Of a DNA stretch of 64,000 nucleotides, positions 19,007 to 28,617 are shown one piece after another. Position 1 is the first letter of the stretch. Each line of letters starts with the position of its first letter. The translations under genes were made by a program, and so were the position numbers. The stretch comes from Paramoeba atlantica. Its lineage: Eukaryota; Protista; Discosea. The notes beneath the pieces are model-generated. The model saw nothing but the letters and a program-made list of their open reading frames with translations, searched no databases and was not told the origin of the DNA. The DNA lies in contig CDRNVI010000030.1 in assembly GCA_977017575.1 (NCBI GenBank), forward strand, positions 992,001 through 1,056,000. Reading direction: 5' to 3'.

Positions 19007-19900
19007 TTACTTTGACATCGAAGTGATTTCCGTTTCATCATAAACAAAAGTTTGTAAAGAGTCAGGAAGCAGCGATTCATCAAATTCACCGCCTAGATAG
19101 GGGTTATATTCCAAGTTCAGTAATTTCAACTTTTTTGGTAGATGATGAAGATGAACTACACCAGAAAAATCATTATTTAGTAAAACAAGTTCTTCAAGTG
19201 ATTCAGGTAAATATCGTAACTCAGGAGTTCCATCAAAGTTATTGTTGGCCAAAATCAAAAACTTCATAGCAAAAGGTAAGTTAGCGAGATTCGCTTTTCC
19301 GGAAAGTTTATTACCCCAAGCGGAAAAATACGTCATGCTGGGTGGGAGGTCGCTAAGATTTATATTCCCATCAAAATCGTTGTCTCCTACTTCTAGTTTC
19401 GTCAGCTTCCTAGGCAAATCACATATATTTAAGGAACCATAAAACCGACTGTGTAATGAAGTGAAGCTCAGCATTGATGAAGGTAATGTATTAAACTGAA
19501 CCGTTCCCCAAATTGTCTGCCCTATGGCGGTGAAAGTGTGTATCGTCGTAGGAAAAAAATCCCATTGCAGGGACCCTGAAAGCTCCCGTAATATCACTTC
19601 CTTCAGCCATTTGATCTCGATAATTTGTTCATCTTCATTGCAAATAATTCCACTCCATTTACAAGCCGGCGTCGAAATATTCCAATACGGGTCTCTATTC
19701 TCAATGTTTTCAACAAAACGAGTGAGCTGAAATTCCTGCGGAAACGCAAGGCGGTTAACTTTACCAAGGCGGCTTTGCTGCACATTTTTTGGCATACCAT
19801 GGATTAGTGACCCACCATTTTCCTTACTCAAACGTTGTTCGGGAAGCTCTGACATGTTGAGCTGTCGAAAAAATAAGGAAAGAGCCAAGTACCTTTTCAT
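19007..19900 (-). CDS. Leucine-rich repeat protein (same family as 1581-2336)
   Basis: TPACKWSGIIC cap and LP..L..L....N.F.G repeats. Confidence 0.88.
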   Translation of the reverse strand: MKRYLALSLFFRQLNMSELPEQRLSKENGGSLIHGMPKNVQQSRLGKVNRLAFPQEFQLTRFVENIENRDPYWNISTPACKWSGIICNEDEQIIEIKWLKEVILRELSGSLQWDFFPTTIHTFTAIGQTIWGTVQFNTLPSSMLSFTSLHSRFYGSLNICDLPRKLTKLEVGDNDFDGNINLSDLPPSMTYFSAWGNKLSGKANLANLPFAMKFLILANNNFDGTPELRYLPESLEELVLLNNDFSGVVHLHHLPKKLKLLNLEYNPYLGGEFDESLLPDSLQTFVYDETEITSMSK

Positions 19901-20333
19901 TTAAAAAGGATTATCAGGCGAACAGATTTAACTTAAAAGGGAAAACAGTTTTAACTCCGAAAATTGAATCACCACGCCGCTTAGTTTAAAAAATGTCCAA
20001 TGAAGATCCTTTCTCCATACGAAGATTATATTGTAACGTTTTCGTTGTAGAAATAAGTTATTTCAAATAACACTGCAGGTAACGTCAGACTTTCCAGAGT
20101 TAGAAATATCAATTACGGTAAAGTGAACAGGATACAGAAATCAATTTACTGCCCATAATGTATCATAAGAGTGATGTCGACAACCGGTGACGCATAGCTA
20201 CACACACGTACATAATCCTGATCTACTCATAGCGCACATAAGCCCAACTACTAGTATACTGTTAAGAAATTACTAAGATGTTTGTTGTAGAAAAAGTAAG
20301 TGGAATGTCATCTCGAAAAAAGATTACGTAAAG

Positions 20334-21737
20334 CTACTGCTTCGGATTTCGAAGCACCCAATTAGTGGTTTGCAGAGCTTCAGATATCTCTTCCTTAGAT
20401 TTGTGTCGAGTTTCGGGAAGGCATAAATAGAAAAAAACAGTACACGCGACACCAATGCCCGCAAATAACCAGAACACCCAGGGTCCCATAAGCTCATTCA
20501 GGGGAGGAAAAAAGAGTGTGACTAGGATAAGAAATAGCCACTGAGCAATGTTTACCACTGAAAATCCTTGTTGCGCGATTGAAGAAGGGAGTACCTCATT
20601 ACACACAATCCAGAAATGAATCCCAGGTCCAAACTCGAAGGCCAACAAATAAAGTGCAAGAAGAATAAATGCAAACGCAGTCTTCACCGCACCCTCTGCG
20701 CAAAAACGAGAGACTAAAGAAAGACACATCATGGAGAGTGACATTATGGCTAGCGACGGTATCAGCATGCAGCGTCGCCCCACGCGGTCGGCGTAACCCA
20801 AGGCAATTGCGGTGGCAACAAAAGTGATGGCCATGACGATCACAGTTCCTAGCGCTCGCTGTGAGATATCTGCAGCCTCCATGAATTTTCCGCAGTAAAA
20901 CATAATGGCGTTGACCCCTGTGAGTTGCAACGCCACGGCACCTGTGATCGACAGTGCCATAGCTCGTGGGTAGGAAAAGATGGAACTCGATTTCGGAAGA
21001 GCGCATCTCGCTTCCTGGGTAGTTGGTGAAGCTTTATCGACCACCGTCACAGGCGGTTCGGTAGATTCCGCCCCGGAATCGGTCAGCTTACTCAAAGGAA
21101 TCCACACTAGAATAACCAAAAGAGCGGCAAAAACCACCGGTATTATCATCGACTGACGAAGGAGCAGCATAAGTGCGCGATCACCCTCCTCGTTGGGAAA
21201 GGGTCGGCGGAGATAGACCTCATCCACGCCCTGGTCTCGGTACTCCGAAAGCACGGCATAGGAAACCACTGAGGCAAGAAAAATACCGAGCGAGAGGGTG
21301 AGCTGAAACAGTCCCCCAAGTTTGCCCCGGTGCTCTGGGCGGGAGTGCTCCACTACAAAGGCAGGCCCTACGGAACTGACCGCCCCGATTCCCACTCCTG
21401 TAAGAAATCGGGCAAGAAATTGGACGGCGTAGTGAGGGCTCACTAAAGCTAAAACACAACCCAGGCCGCAAAGAGAACCCACACGAAGCGTTCCAATGGA
21501 ACCAAGCCGCGGGACGAGCACTCCAACCCCTCCGGAACCTAATATCCCCCCGAAGGAGACGCTGGAGATTACAACGGCAATGTCCCAGGCGTGGTCCTTC
21601 TCTGGGACCAACGTGAGAAGGCAGGGGTGTAAGATCGTTAGAGCGGTGCTGAGCCCGATGTACGTGTAGCCAAAAATGAGTCCGCCGAGCCCATTAAGAG
21701 CCGCACACCACCAGAGTAAGGCGGTGGACTGCTGCAT
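20334..21737 (-). CDS. MFS sugar (hexose) transporter
   Basis: About 12 TM segments. GGLIFGY, RFLTGVGIG, RGKLGGLFQL, LQLTGVNAIMFY, ADRVGRR and LPETR. Confidence 0.95.
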   Translation of the reverse strand: MQQSTALLWWCAALNGLGGLIFGYTYIGLSTALTILHPCLLTLVPEKDHAWDIAVVISSVSFGGILGSGGVGVLVPRLGSIGTLRVGSLCGLGCVLALVSPHYAVQFLARFLTGVGIGAVSSVGPAFVVEHSRPEHRGKLGGLFQLTLSLGIFLASVVSYAVLSEYRDQGVDEVYLRRPFPNEEGDRALMLLLRQSMIIPVVFAALLVILVWIPLSKLTDSGAESTEPPVTVVDKASPTTQEARCALPKSSSIFSYPRAMALSITGAVALQLTGVNAIMFYCGKFMEAADISQRALGTVIVMAITFVATAIALGYADRVGRRCMLIPSLAIMSLSMMCLSLVSRFCAEGAVKTAFAFILLALYLLAFEFGPGIHFWIVCNEVLPSSIAQQGFSVVNIAQWLFLILVTLFFPPLNELMGPWVFWLFAGIGVACTVFFYLCLPETRHKSKEEISEALQTTNWVLRNPKQ

Positions 21738-22422
21738 GGAGTGTCAGACTTGGGTGAAAAAACTTACTGTCTCTTTTAAGTTACATAAATAAATTGGTTT
21801 ATGTGCCAATGCACGTCTCTTTATTCTTGTAGAAACATTGAAGAATAAGTTAAGAATTTGGTTCCGGGTACTCTTGAATGGAGCAATGGCCCAAATCAAC
21901 GTGCTTAGAAGGAAAGAAGCAATTCTGTTTTGTCAAGAGGTGGTATCACTTTGTTTTCTCCAAAAAATACTCTCTAAATAGTTAAAAAACCAAAACGAAA
22001 AGGTTTCAAACTTCAAGAAATCAACACTACAATGATGCCCATTGAATGTTCCACAAAGCACTTGTTCTACAAATTTCATCACTCAATCATACACTTGAAC
22101 TTGCACTAAACGTGCAGCACCGGAGAATTCGTTCAGTTTCTCTTGTTCAGCTTTTCAAAGGCAGACAACACTTTTAGTACCAGACGTCGAATGTTTTTGC
22201 CGAACACCAGACGTGTTCACAAGATGCCAAACTCACGAAGAACCACGATGATGTACAAAGAAACCAGCGGAATTCCAATGAGTGCTGCTGATATCTAAAG
22301 CAGAAATCATCCGGACAGCATCGCACCAATAGGACATCCGATAGATAGATAGCATGTTTGATGCTATCCGTTAGACAGTTTCAGTAGTGCAGTAGCCAGT
22401 AAGTCTAGTCCTCTGTGTGCCA

Positions 22423-22938
22423 CTACAACTGCTTACGCTTCATCCCTGGAAGAAGATGTGTGCGATTGTGCATTAGTTCAATATCTTCTAAGATATCTGG
22501 ATTATACAGGAAACGATCCACGTTCATGTCAAGTGTCGTACGCATTGCCTCCTGCTCTAGTGTTTCTACCGGCGCTTTGGCTACGTATGGTCGGACTTCG
22601 ATATGACGTCCGCGCAAAATGTGGTATGGTGGAGCATCTCGTGGGAGATAGTCATTCGCCGTGAACCCCCACTGGCCTTGCCCTACTTGTAACACATGCT
22701 GTGCCTCTTCAGGTGTGTTGAATTGCATAAAACAAATGCCCTCCGAAGTACCCCGAACGCGGTCCAGCGGCATAGCAATTTTAGCCATCCTTTCAATACT
22801 ACATGTGGAAGTGATAAAATTTTTGCATTCCTGTTCCCACCAACGAGGAGGAATATTATTGAGCCGCACACAGCATGGCGCCAACTCGGCTGGGGGATAA
22901 AAGAAGCAGGAGAGCTTGAAAAGACTATTCCGAAGCAT
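22423..22938 (-). CDS. RRM-containing protein, possible mitochondrial presequence
   Basis: CVRLNNIP (RNP2-like) and SEGICFMQF (RNP1-like). Confidence 0.65.
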   Translation of the reverse strand: MLRNSLFKLSCFFYPPAELAPCCVRLNNIPPRWWEQECKNFITSTCSIERMAKIAMPLDRVRGTSEGICFMQFNTPEEAQHVLQVGQGQWGFTANDYLPRDAPPYHILRGRHIEVRPYVAKAPVETLEQEAMRTTLDMNVDRFLYNPDILEDIELMHNRTHLLPGMKRKQL

Positions 22939-23118
22939 TGTTAATTAAGAGTAGTGTGAAACCTGTATGAACATTTTCTCAAAAGTAAGAACCCTGCCTA
23001 CGATTCATAGTCAATGTGGAGAGGAAATCAGTAAAACAAAGTGATGCGCAACGATGAGACCCTATAACTCATAAAAGTTGTAAAATAAGACTGATACATG
23101 CAAAACAATAGAATGCCT

Positions 23119-23589
23119 TCACACGGCACCATCTTCGGTAGTATGTGTATCCACATCCATAGTGCCTTTCTCAAGAGTTGAACCCGGCCGCTTTTCACCG
23201 ACGACGTTCAACTGCTCAGTGGAGGTACCCCCGCGCTCCACTGGTCTGGTAAGAAAGGCAAAATCAAGATACAACTTCCTCCCGCAAAACAGTTTGCCAT
23301 GCAGCTCTGCAATAGCCCTCCGGGCATCAGCCTCACGAACAAACTCCACCACCGCGTAGCCTTTTACCAACAACGTAGCCTTGTCCAAGACAAGATGAAG
23401 ATTTTTTAGAGCCCCATAATCCGCAAACAAATCTCGCACGTCTTCCTCTGTACATTCCTCGTGGAGATTGGCGCAAAAGATTGTCCATCCCTCCACACTA
23501 CGTGCCGGCTTAATGGTTGTCGTTGCATTAGTACATTCCCTCGGGGACTCATCTTTCGTTTGATCAGAATCTTCTATCACCGATGTCAT
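23119..23589 (-). CDS. RBM8A: Exon junction complex core protein Y14/RBM8A
   Basis: RSVEGWTIF..NLHEE..EEDV.D.F..YG..KNLHL.LD..T..VKGYA.VEF. Confidence 0.93.
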   Translation of the reverse strand: MTSVIEDSDQTKDESPRECTNATTTIKPARSVEGWTIFCANLHEECTEEDVRDLFADYGALKNLHLVLDKATLLVKGYAVVEFVREADARRAIAELHGKLFCGRKLYLDFAFLTRPVERGGTSTEQLNVVGEKRPGSTLEKGTMDVDTHTTEDGAV

Positions 23590-23848
23590 GAAAACAAAAG
23601 ATAAGGAGAGATAAGCAAAAGCAAGAGTCTAAAATTTTACAAAACGATGAGTAATTTTACGTTTAAAGGGTAACCTAGAGTGTAAGGCCAAGGGAAGTGT
23701 ACACTAAGTGCACTTTACCTTGCTACCCCTACTTTAGTGTGCCTTACACTAACTACACCTTTGGTGAGGATTTATCCCTTTAGCAACACACTTTATCCCC
23801 CCTGTGCTCCCGGTACAAAACACTCCTGTTCAAAAACGTCGCGTCCAT

Positions 23849-25132
23849 TCATGGGTTTACCTCCCCCTCCCCCCCTCTCCCCATCTCCTCCATCACCCCC
23901 GCCATCAGCAGCGGAAACACCAATGTCGCCTCACACTCCACCACCGCCACCACCGTCCTCTCCCCCCCCACCCCTTTCCCCCCCACCCCCCCCACCCCCT
24001 CCCGCACCCCCCTCCCTGTGCTGCACCCCACCACCTCCCGTACCCCACACCCCACGTCCCGCACCGCGCTCACCATGTGGCTCCACGGCAGCCCCTCCCC
24101 CAGCACCACCACCCCCACCCCCATGGCGCCCCCCCCCGCCCGGAGCCCCGCCCGCAGCCCGGCCACGTCCCCCACCCCATCCAGCGCGAGCCCGGGGGAC
24201 CGCGACGCGTGGAAGAAGACCATGTCCCCGAGGGAGCCGTCCGTGGGGGCGGGGCAGAACACCGGGGCGCCGTGCCGGGCCGCGCCCTGGACGACGCTGT
24301 GGGGGTCGTAGGGGGGCGGGTGGGGGTCGCTCTCGTGTAGCCGTGGGTGCGTGGTTCCGGGGCTACCGGTTTGGGGGGGGGTACAGGGAGGGGGGTTGTT
24401 TAGGTTTTCGTGGCTACATGAGGGCGTGTTCGGGTGGTTCGTTTTAGGGCTACGTGACGTGGTGTTGTTGTTTTCGTTTTTATTTCGATAGGTAGTATTA
24501 GGAGGACATGTGGTGTGATGAGGGTTCTTTTTATTTCTACATGTAGGATCATTGTTGTTGTTCTTTTCATTTCTACATGGACTTGTATTATTGTAGTTAT
24601 TTTTATTCGTAAATTTAGGATTATTATTGTACCGTGCCGCTTGACTCAAATGCTCTACGAATCGAGAAGGGGTAAGAGGGTTACCCTCGTGGACCAATTT
24701 GTCCAAAATCGGGTTAATAAAGTCCTCAAAAGCGGCATAGTGGGCATTAGGAATCAAGAGGTTTCCAATACGGTTAAGGCCACGGTTACGGAGCGTGTCC
24801 CCGGGGAGGGTGAAGGACCCAAGGAGAGTAGGACCGGCAAGAGATTTAATAAGATCCTCCTCGACGGCTCCGGCAGTGGTGACGATAGCATCAATGAGAC
24901 CGGAGTGTGTGAGAGCAGCAAGGTGTTCACGAAGGCCGCAGGAGACCATGTTGGAGGTGAAACCTAGGAGGATTTTGTATTCGCCGGGGTGGTCACGACG
25001 ACGGCGGAGCATCTGGTGAAGGGTGCGGTGAGCGTGGTAGATTTCCGAGGCGGGGGGTCCGGCGTGCTGGTAGTCTTCCAGAAGTTCGGAGAGGGAGACA
25101 GTGTCGCGGGATAGCCAAGAGTTAAATCTCAT
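23849..25132 (-). CDS. Deoxyhypusine synthase family protein, probably the catalytically dead (DHSp/prozyme-like) paralogue
   Basis: LGFTSNMVSCGLRE, TTAGAVEEDLIK, LNRIGNLL, VFCPAPTDGSLGD and EATLVFPLL are present. The DGSDSGA and EAVSWGK motifs are not recognisable. Confidence 0.85.
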   Translation of the reverse strand: MRFNSWLSRDTVSLSELLEDYQHAGPPASEIYHAHRTLHQMLRRRRDHPGEYKILLGFTSNMVSCGLREHLAALTHSGLIDAIVTTAGAVEEDLIKSLAGPTLLGSFTLPGDTLRNRGLNRIGNLLIPNAHYAAFEDFINPILDKLVHEGNPLTPSRFVEHLSQAARYNNNPKFTNKNNYNNTSPCRNEKNNNNDPTCRNKKNPHHTTCPPNTTYRNKNENNNTTSRSPKTNHPNTPSCSHENLNNPPPCTPPQTGSPGTTHPRLHESDPHPPPYDPHSVVQGAARHGAPVFCPAPTDGSLGDMVFFHASRSPGLALDGVGDVAGLRAGLRAGGGAMGVGVVVLGEGLPWSHMVSAVRDVGCGVREVVGCSTGRGVREGVGGVGGKGVGGERTVVAVVECEATLVFPLLMAGVMEEMGRGGEGEVNP

Positions 25133-25340
25133 GGTGGGGAGGATGTACAATAACGCAGGTGTGGGAATTATTGTAGAAAAGAGAAGGTCATAGAAGCGCT
25201 CTACTGTAAATAAAAGCAGAATCTTCTTCTGTTTTGGAAGGGTCACCCTATGTAAAAAAGACCCATTTTGTTCAACAATGGAGTAATTTTCGAAGTATGC
25301 TGTGGAAATTACTTTGTTATGTTTACAATGAAATGGCAAA

Positions 25341-25799
25341 TCAGAATGTATATCCAGAGCTTGGAAAGGATCGATCACGTTTGAATATGTCTGATGCAAG
25401 ACGAGACCCAGCAGGAAGTCGATTAAATTTGTGTGGCTTCCACCGCGCAGGGTGTGGTCCTACGTTTCCGAATCGTGGACCCAACAGCCCAACATTACAA
25501 AAAAGCTTGCGTACTGGTTTTCCATGCAGGTTAGAAGCGTTTAGTTTGTCCTCCATTAAATGTTTCATAACAAAATAAACGCCATCCTTCGTATCACGAT
25601 CAAACGGGTGAAATCGAGAGTCCCATGGAGTCATGCGTTTCGAAGTACCATACTCCACATAAGCTTTGTTTCCCGCCGCAAGCTTCAAAATACGGTGCTG
25701 CTGCCATTGATCTCTCCAGTCTTGCGCAGCACGAACGAATGCGGGGCTGCTCTTCGGACGTTTTTTTGGTTTCCTCAGAAACGAACTACATGTAAACAT
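25341..25799 (-). CDS. Basic mitochondrial protein, probably a kinetoplastid-specific mitoribosomal protein
   Basis: Presequence-like start. PFDRD.KDGV and P...LFCNVGL.GP...ARWKP motifs recall a trypanosome mitoribosome subunit. Exact identity not established. Confidence 0.5.
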   Translation of the reverse strand: MFTCSSFLRKPKKRPKSSPAFVRAAQDWRDQWQQHRILKLAAGNKAYVEYGTSKRMTPWDSRFHPFDRDTKDGVYFVMKHLMEDKLNASNLHGKPVRKLFCNVGLLGPRFGNVGPHPARWKPHKFNRLPAGSRLASDIFKRDRSFPSSGYTF

Positions 25800-26969
25800 T
25801 TGTACCCAATTTAACAGCTAAGAACATAATACTCGAATCCCTATTTGATATAATATACTAGGAATCAGCTATAAGTCCCCCCCCGAATTTTAAAAAAACT
25901 GGTCTGTTTAATATCATCTTTCTTTTGAACGCGTAGAGAATTTTACATGCGTTTCCCGCCGTTTAAACTGGTTTTTCTCAACTCATTAGGATCGAATTAT
26001 TTTTTGAAAAAAATGGGCCGAACAAATGATTTTGTTTACAAAAATGCTCCATATTTTGATACACCCATGGACAGAAGTGTGCCCCCGGCCTGGCAAATGT
26101 CAATTTTTTTATCCGTTTTTGCTCATTTTTGCAGCATTCGAGAGATCTCGTTCCCCTAACGAACAGCTTTGCCGACGTTTTTTCGTAGGGACCCCCTGGT
26201 ACCCCCCTGGGTCCAAAAAACATGGTTTTTGTGTCCATATTTTTAGAACAGTCAATTTTTCTAGTATATCATCCTTTTTTCTCCGTTTTTTCTGCATGAG
26301 GACCCCGCCTCGTATAAGTCACAAACGAAACATCGCTTTGTCCATTTCGGAGAGAACAGAGATAGCTAAACAGCATAAATCTGGCGTCAGCATCACCCAA
26401 CTTCATAAAGAATTTGGTCGTGGCCGCCGTACAATTAGAAAATTTATTAATCTCTCAAAAACAAGGTAATGAATTGTCATCTCCACCGAAATCAGGTGGG
26501 CCAAAGCTTTCAAAAAGATTTGTATCAAAGGTGAAATCAATAGTTGATAAGGAAAATACAAAGGAAGAGGGTTGCTTGACGTACAACTTGGTTCATGATC
26601 AATTAAAAAGGAAAGGGTACAATTGTTCCATTAAGAAAGTCGTTCGTGTATTACATAACTCAGGGTACACGAGGATGGCCAAGGCACGGAACTGTGACCT
26701 CACCGAACGGCATAAAGCCCTTCGTGTCGCATTGGCTAACGATTTGCTTTCTCATCCCCCCCGAAAGTTGGATAATATAATTTGGACCGACGAAAAACTC
26801 TTTCTGTGTGTTGTTCATGGGGGTGGGCATTTTTTTATTGGGAAAAAGGGGGGCCCCAAAAAGCGAATTGCGGGTATGAGCCATGCAGACGCCCACAAAG
26901 TAATGGGCGAAACTATTCTAAGGGCCTTCAAAAAACGACAAGGATGCTTAGAGTATTTGAAGGAAAATG

Positions 26970-28210
26970 GGTGAAATTAAAGCAAAATTCGCCTTTCTTG
27001 AAAAAAAAAGGAAAGTCGTCCGCACTAAAAATAACTGTATTTTTTTTGTATCGTATCATGTATTTCCACTTTTTCCTTTATTTTTCAGATTCATTTTTCA
27101 GATTCAGACTCCTCAACTCCAACACATGCCCTGTGAAGGATGCAACGGTTTCGCTTGCCGAGGAAATCTCACTTTGAGCAAAGTTTCTGTGTGGAGCGAA
27201 TCGAAATGCAGGGAGTGGTTAAGAACCCATAAGTTGGTGGCTCAGAAGGTTGTATGTTATAAAAGACTACACAAGGCGCCCTATACTATGCACGTCACTG
27301 ACGGGAAATGGAGATGTACTGAAAAATACAAAGGAATGTACGCCACCTTAGGACCTCTCGTACCTGGAAGGGCACAAAGAAGTGCAAAGCAAACATTAAA
27401 GTACATAATTTTGTACGTTCGTGGTGGAAGACATTCGGATTCGGCAGCGGAGACAGAACTTAGTCAGCAGACCATTGTGTCTCTAAGGCAATGGATGGAT
27501 GGCATGATGGCCACAGCTCATGTTCGCCGACGTATCAGGAATCGCGGCAGCGTTGCTTCAATGCAATGCGATGAGACATTTTTTTCTGTACGGAAACGTC
27601 ACCGAGGTTCTCATGGTGCAAGACGGGTGCGAGATGATGGTACAGAAGCTGCACAGACAATTGCTGTGACTACTCGAGCGAACAATTTATCTGAAATGTT
27701 CATGGAAGTTGTACCTGATCGTAAGGCAAGCACGTTACTTCCTCGAATTGAAGATCTGGCGAGCGGGGGGAGGACACAAATTTGGACCGACGGGGCGCGT
27801 CACAATATCCGCCTTGGTGGACGCTATAAGTGGAATAGCGTGAACCACCGCCGAGAATGGATAGCAGAAGAGGGTGTCCACACAAACACTGTGGAGTGCG
27901 CGAATTCGGTGGCGAAGAAGAGACTTAATCGAGAAGGAAACGTATTAGGAAGGAAAAAGGATAAACGGGCAGATGGTGTGCAAGCCAATGCTGAAAAATG
28001 CAACGGCAGCCTACGGTACAATGGCGGCGATGTAATGCTGCGCATCCTACAGAATCTACAACATCATTGTCATTGTATTCATTTGTAAGTCTTGTCCAAG
28101 TATTTAAGTCGAAAACTAGAAGCGGAAAGTGTTGATTTCATTGCACCAAATTTTTGAAAACCGGAAAAAAACATTTTTTAAAAAAAGGCAAATTTTGCTT
28201 TAATTTAACC
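26970..28210 (+). mobile_element. Merlin (IS1595/ISXO2-like) DNA transposon with 8-bp TSD GGAAAATG
   Basis: Imperfect ~35-bp TIRs GGT(G/T)AAATTAAAGCAAAATT. GGAAAATG at 26962-69 and 28211-18. Confidence 0.93.
27126..28088 (+). CDS. Merlin DDE transposase (intact, 320 aa)
   Basis: QCDETFF, IWTDGA, SVNH and HTNTVE. D-34-E spacing. N-terminal Cys cluster. Confidence 0.92.
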   Translation: MPCEGCNGFACRGNLTLSKVSVWSESKCREWLRTHKLVAQKVVCYKRLHKAPYTMHVTDGKWRCTEKYKGMYATLGPLVPGRAQRSAKQTLKYIILYVRGGRHSDSAAETELSQQTIVSLRQWMDGMMATAHVRRRIRNRGSVASMQCDETFFSVRKRHRGSHGARRVRDDGTEAAQTIAVTTRANNLSEMFMEVVPDRKASTLLPRIEDLASGGRTQIWTDGARHNIRLGGRYKWNSVNHRREWIAEEGVHTNTVECANSVAKKRLNREGNVLGRKKDKRADGVQANAEKCNGSLRYNGGDVMLRILQNLQHHCHCIHL

Positions 28211-28290
28211 GGAAAATGTATGGGTTCAAATGGATAACGCCACAACCTATAATTTGGCAAAAGCTTGAGCTTATAAACTATACCATTCCT

Positions 28291-28617
28291 CGGTGAAAGT
28301 GAGGCATTATTTCACATAAAAAATAATTTGTTTACATACAGCTGTACTTTTTTCGCGGTGACGGTACGCTTGATAGTGGGAAAGAAGCGCGACATAATCG
28401 GCTGAAGTTCGGCGCAGAAATTGTGAAAAGTAAGCTAAGGAGAGGAAAACATGAAGATTATGCCCTCCGTCGCCTGTTTTAGAACCTCAAATGACATTGC
28501 GAGAACGTAGAAATCGTTCTAGAACAAGGGCAAGAGAGTTAATTTTTTCTTTTTTACTAAAATAGGGCGATAATAAATGTTTTAAAAAAAGTGTGAAATA
28601 ATGCTTCACTTTGACCG
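28291..28617. mobile_element. 327-bp MITE (imperfect ~26-bp TIR starting CGGT, 6-bp TSD ATTCCT)
   Basis: ATTCCT at 28285-90 and 28618-23. The uninterrupted site occurs in the second Tc1 copy near 57192. Confidence 0.9.

Noticed and set aside
22248-22291. ATGATGT...CTGA, C/D snoRNA-like boxes
   Set aside because: Only 44 nt, antisense to the cluster, imperfect C box and no terminal stem.
25133-25399. Apparent N-terminal extension of the DHS ORF overlapping the upstream gene
   Set aside because: It starts at TTG, has no ATG until 25132, and covers AT-rich intergenic sequence.
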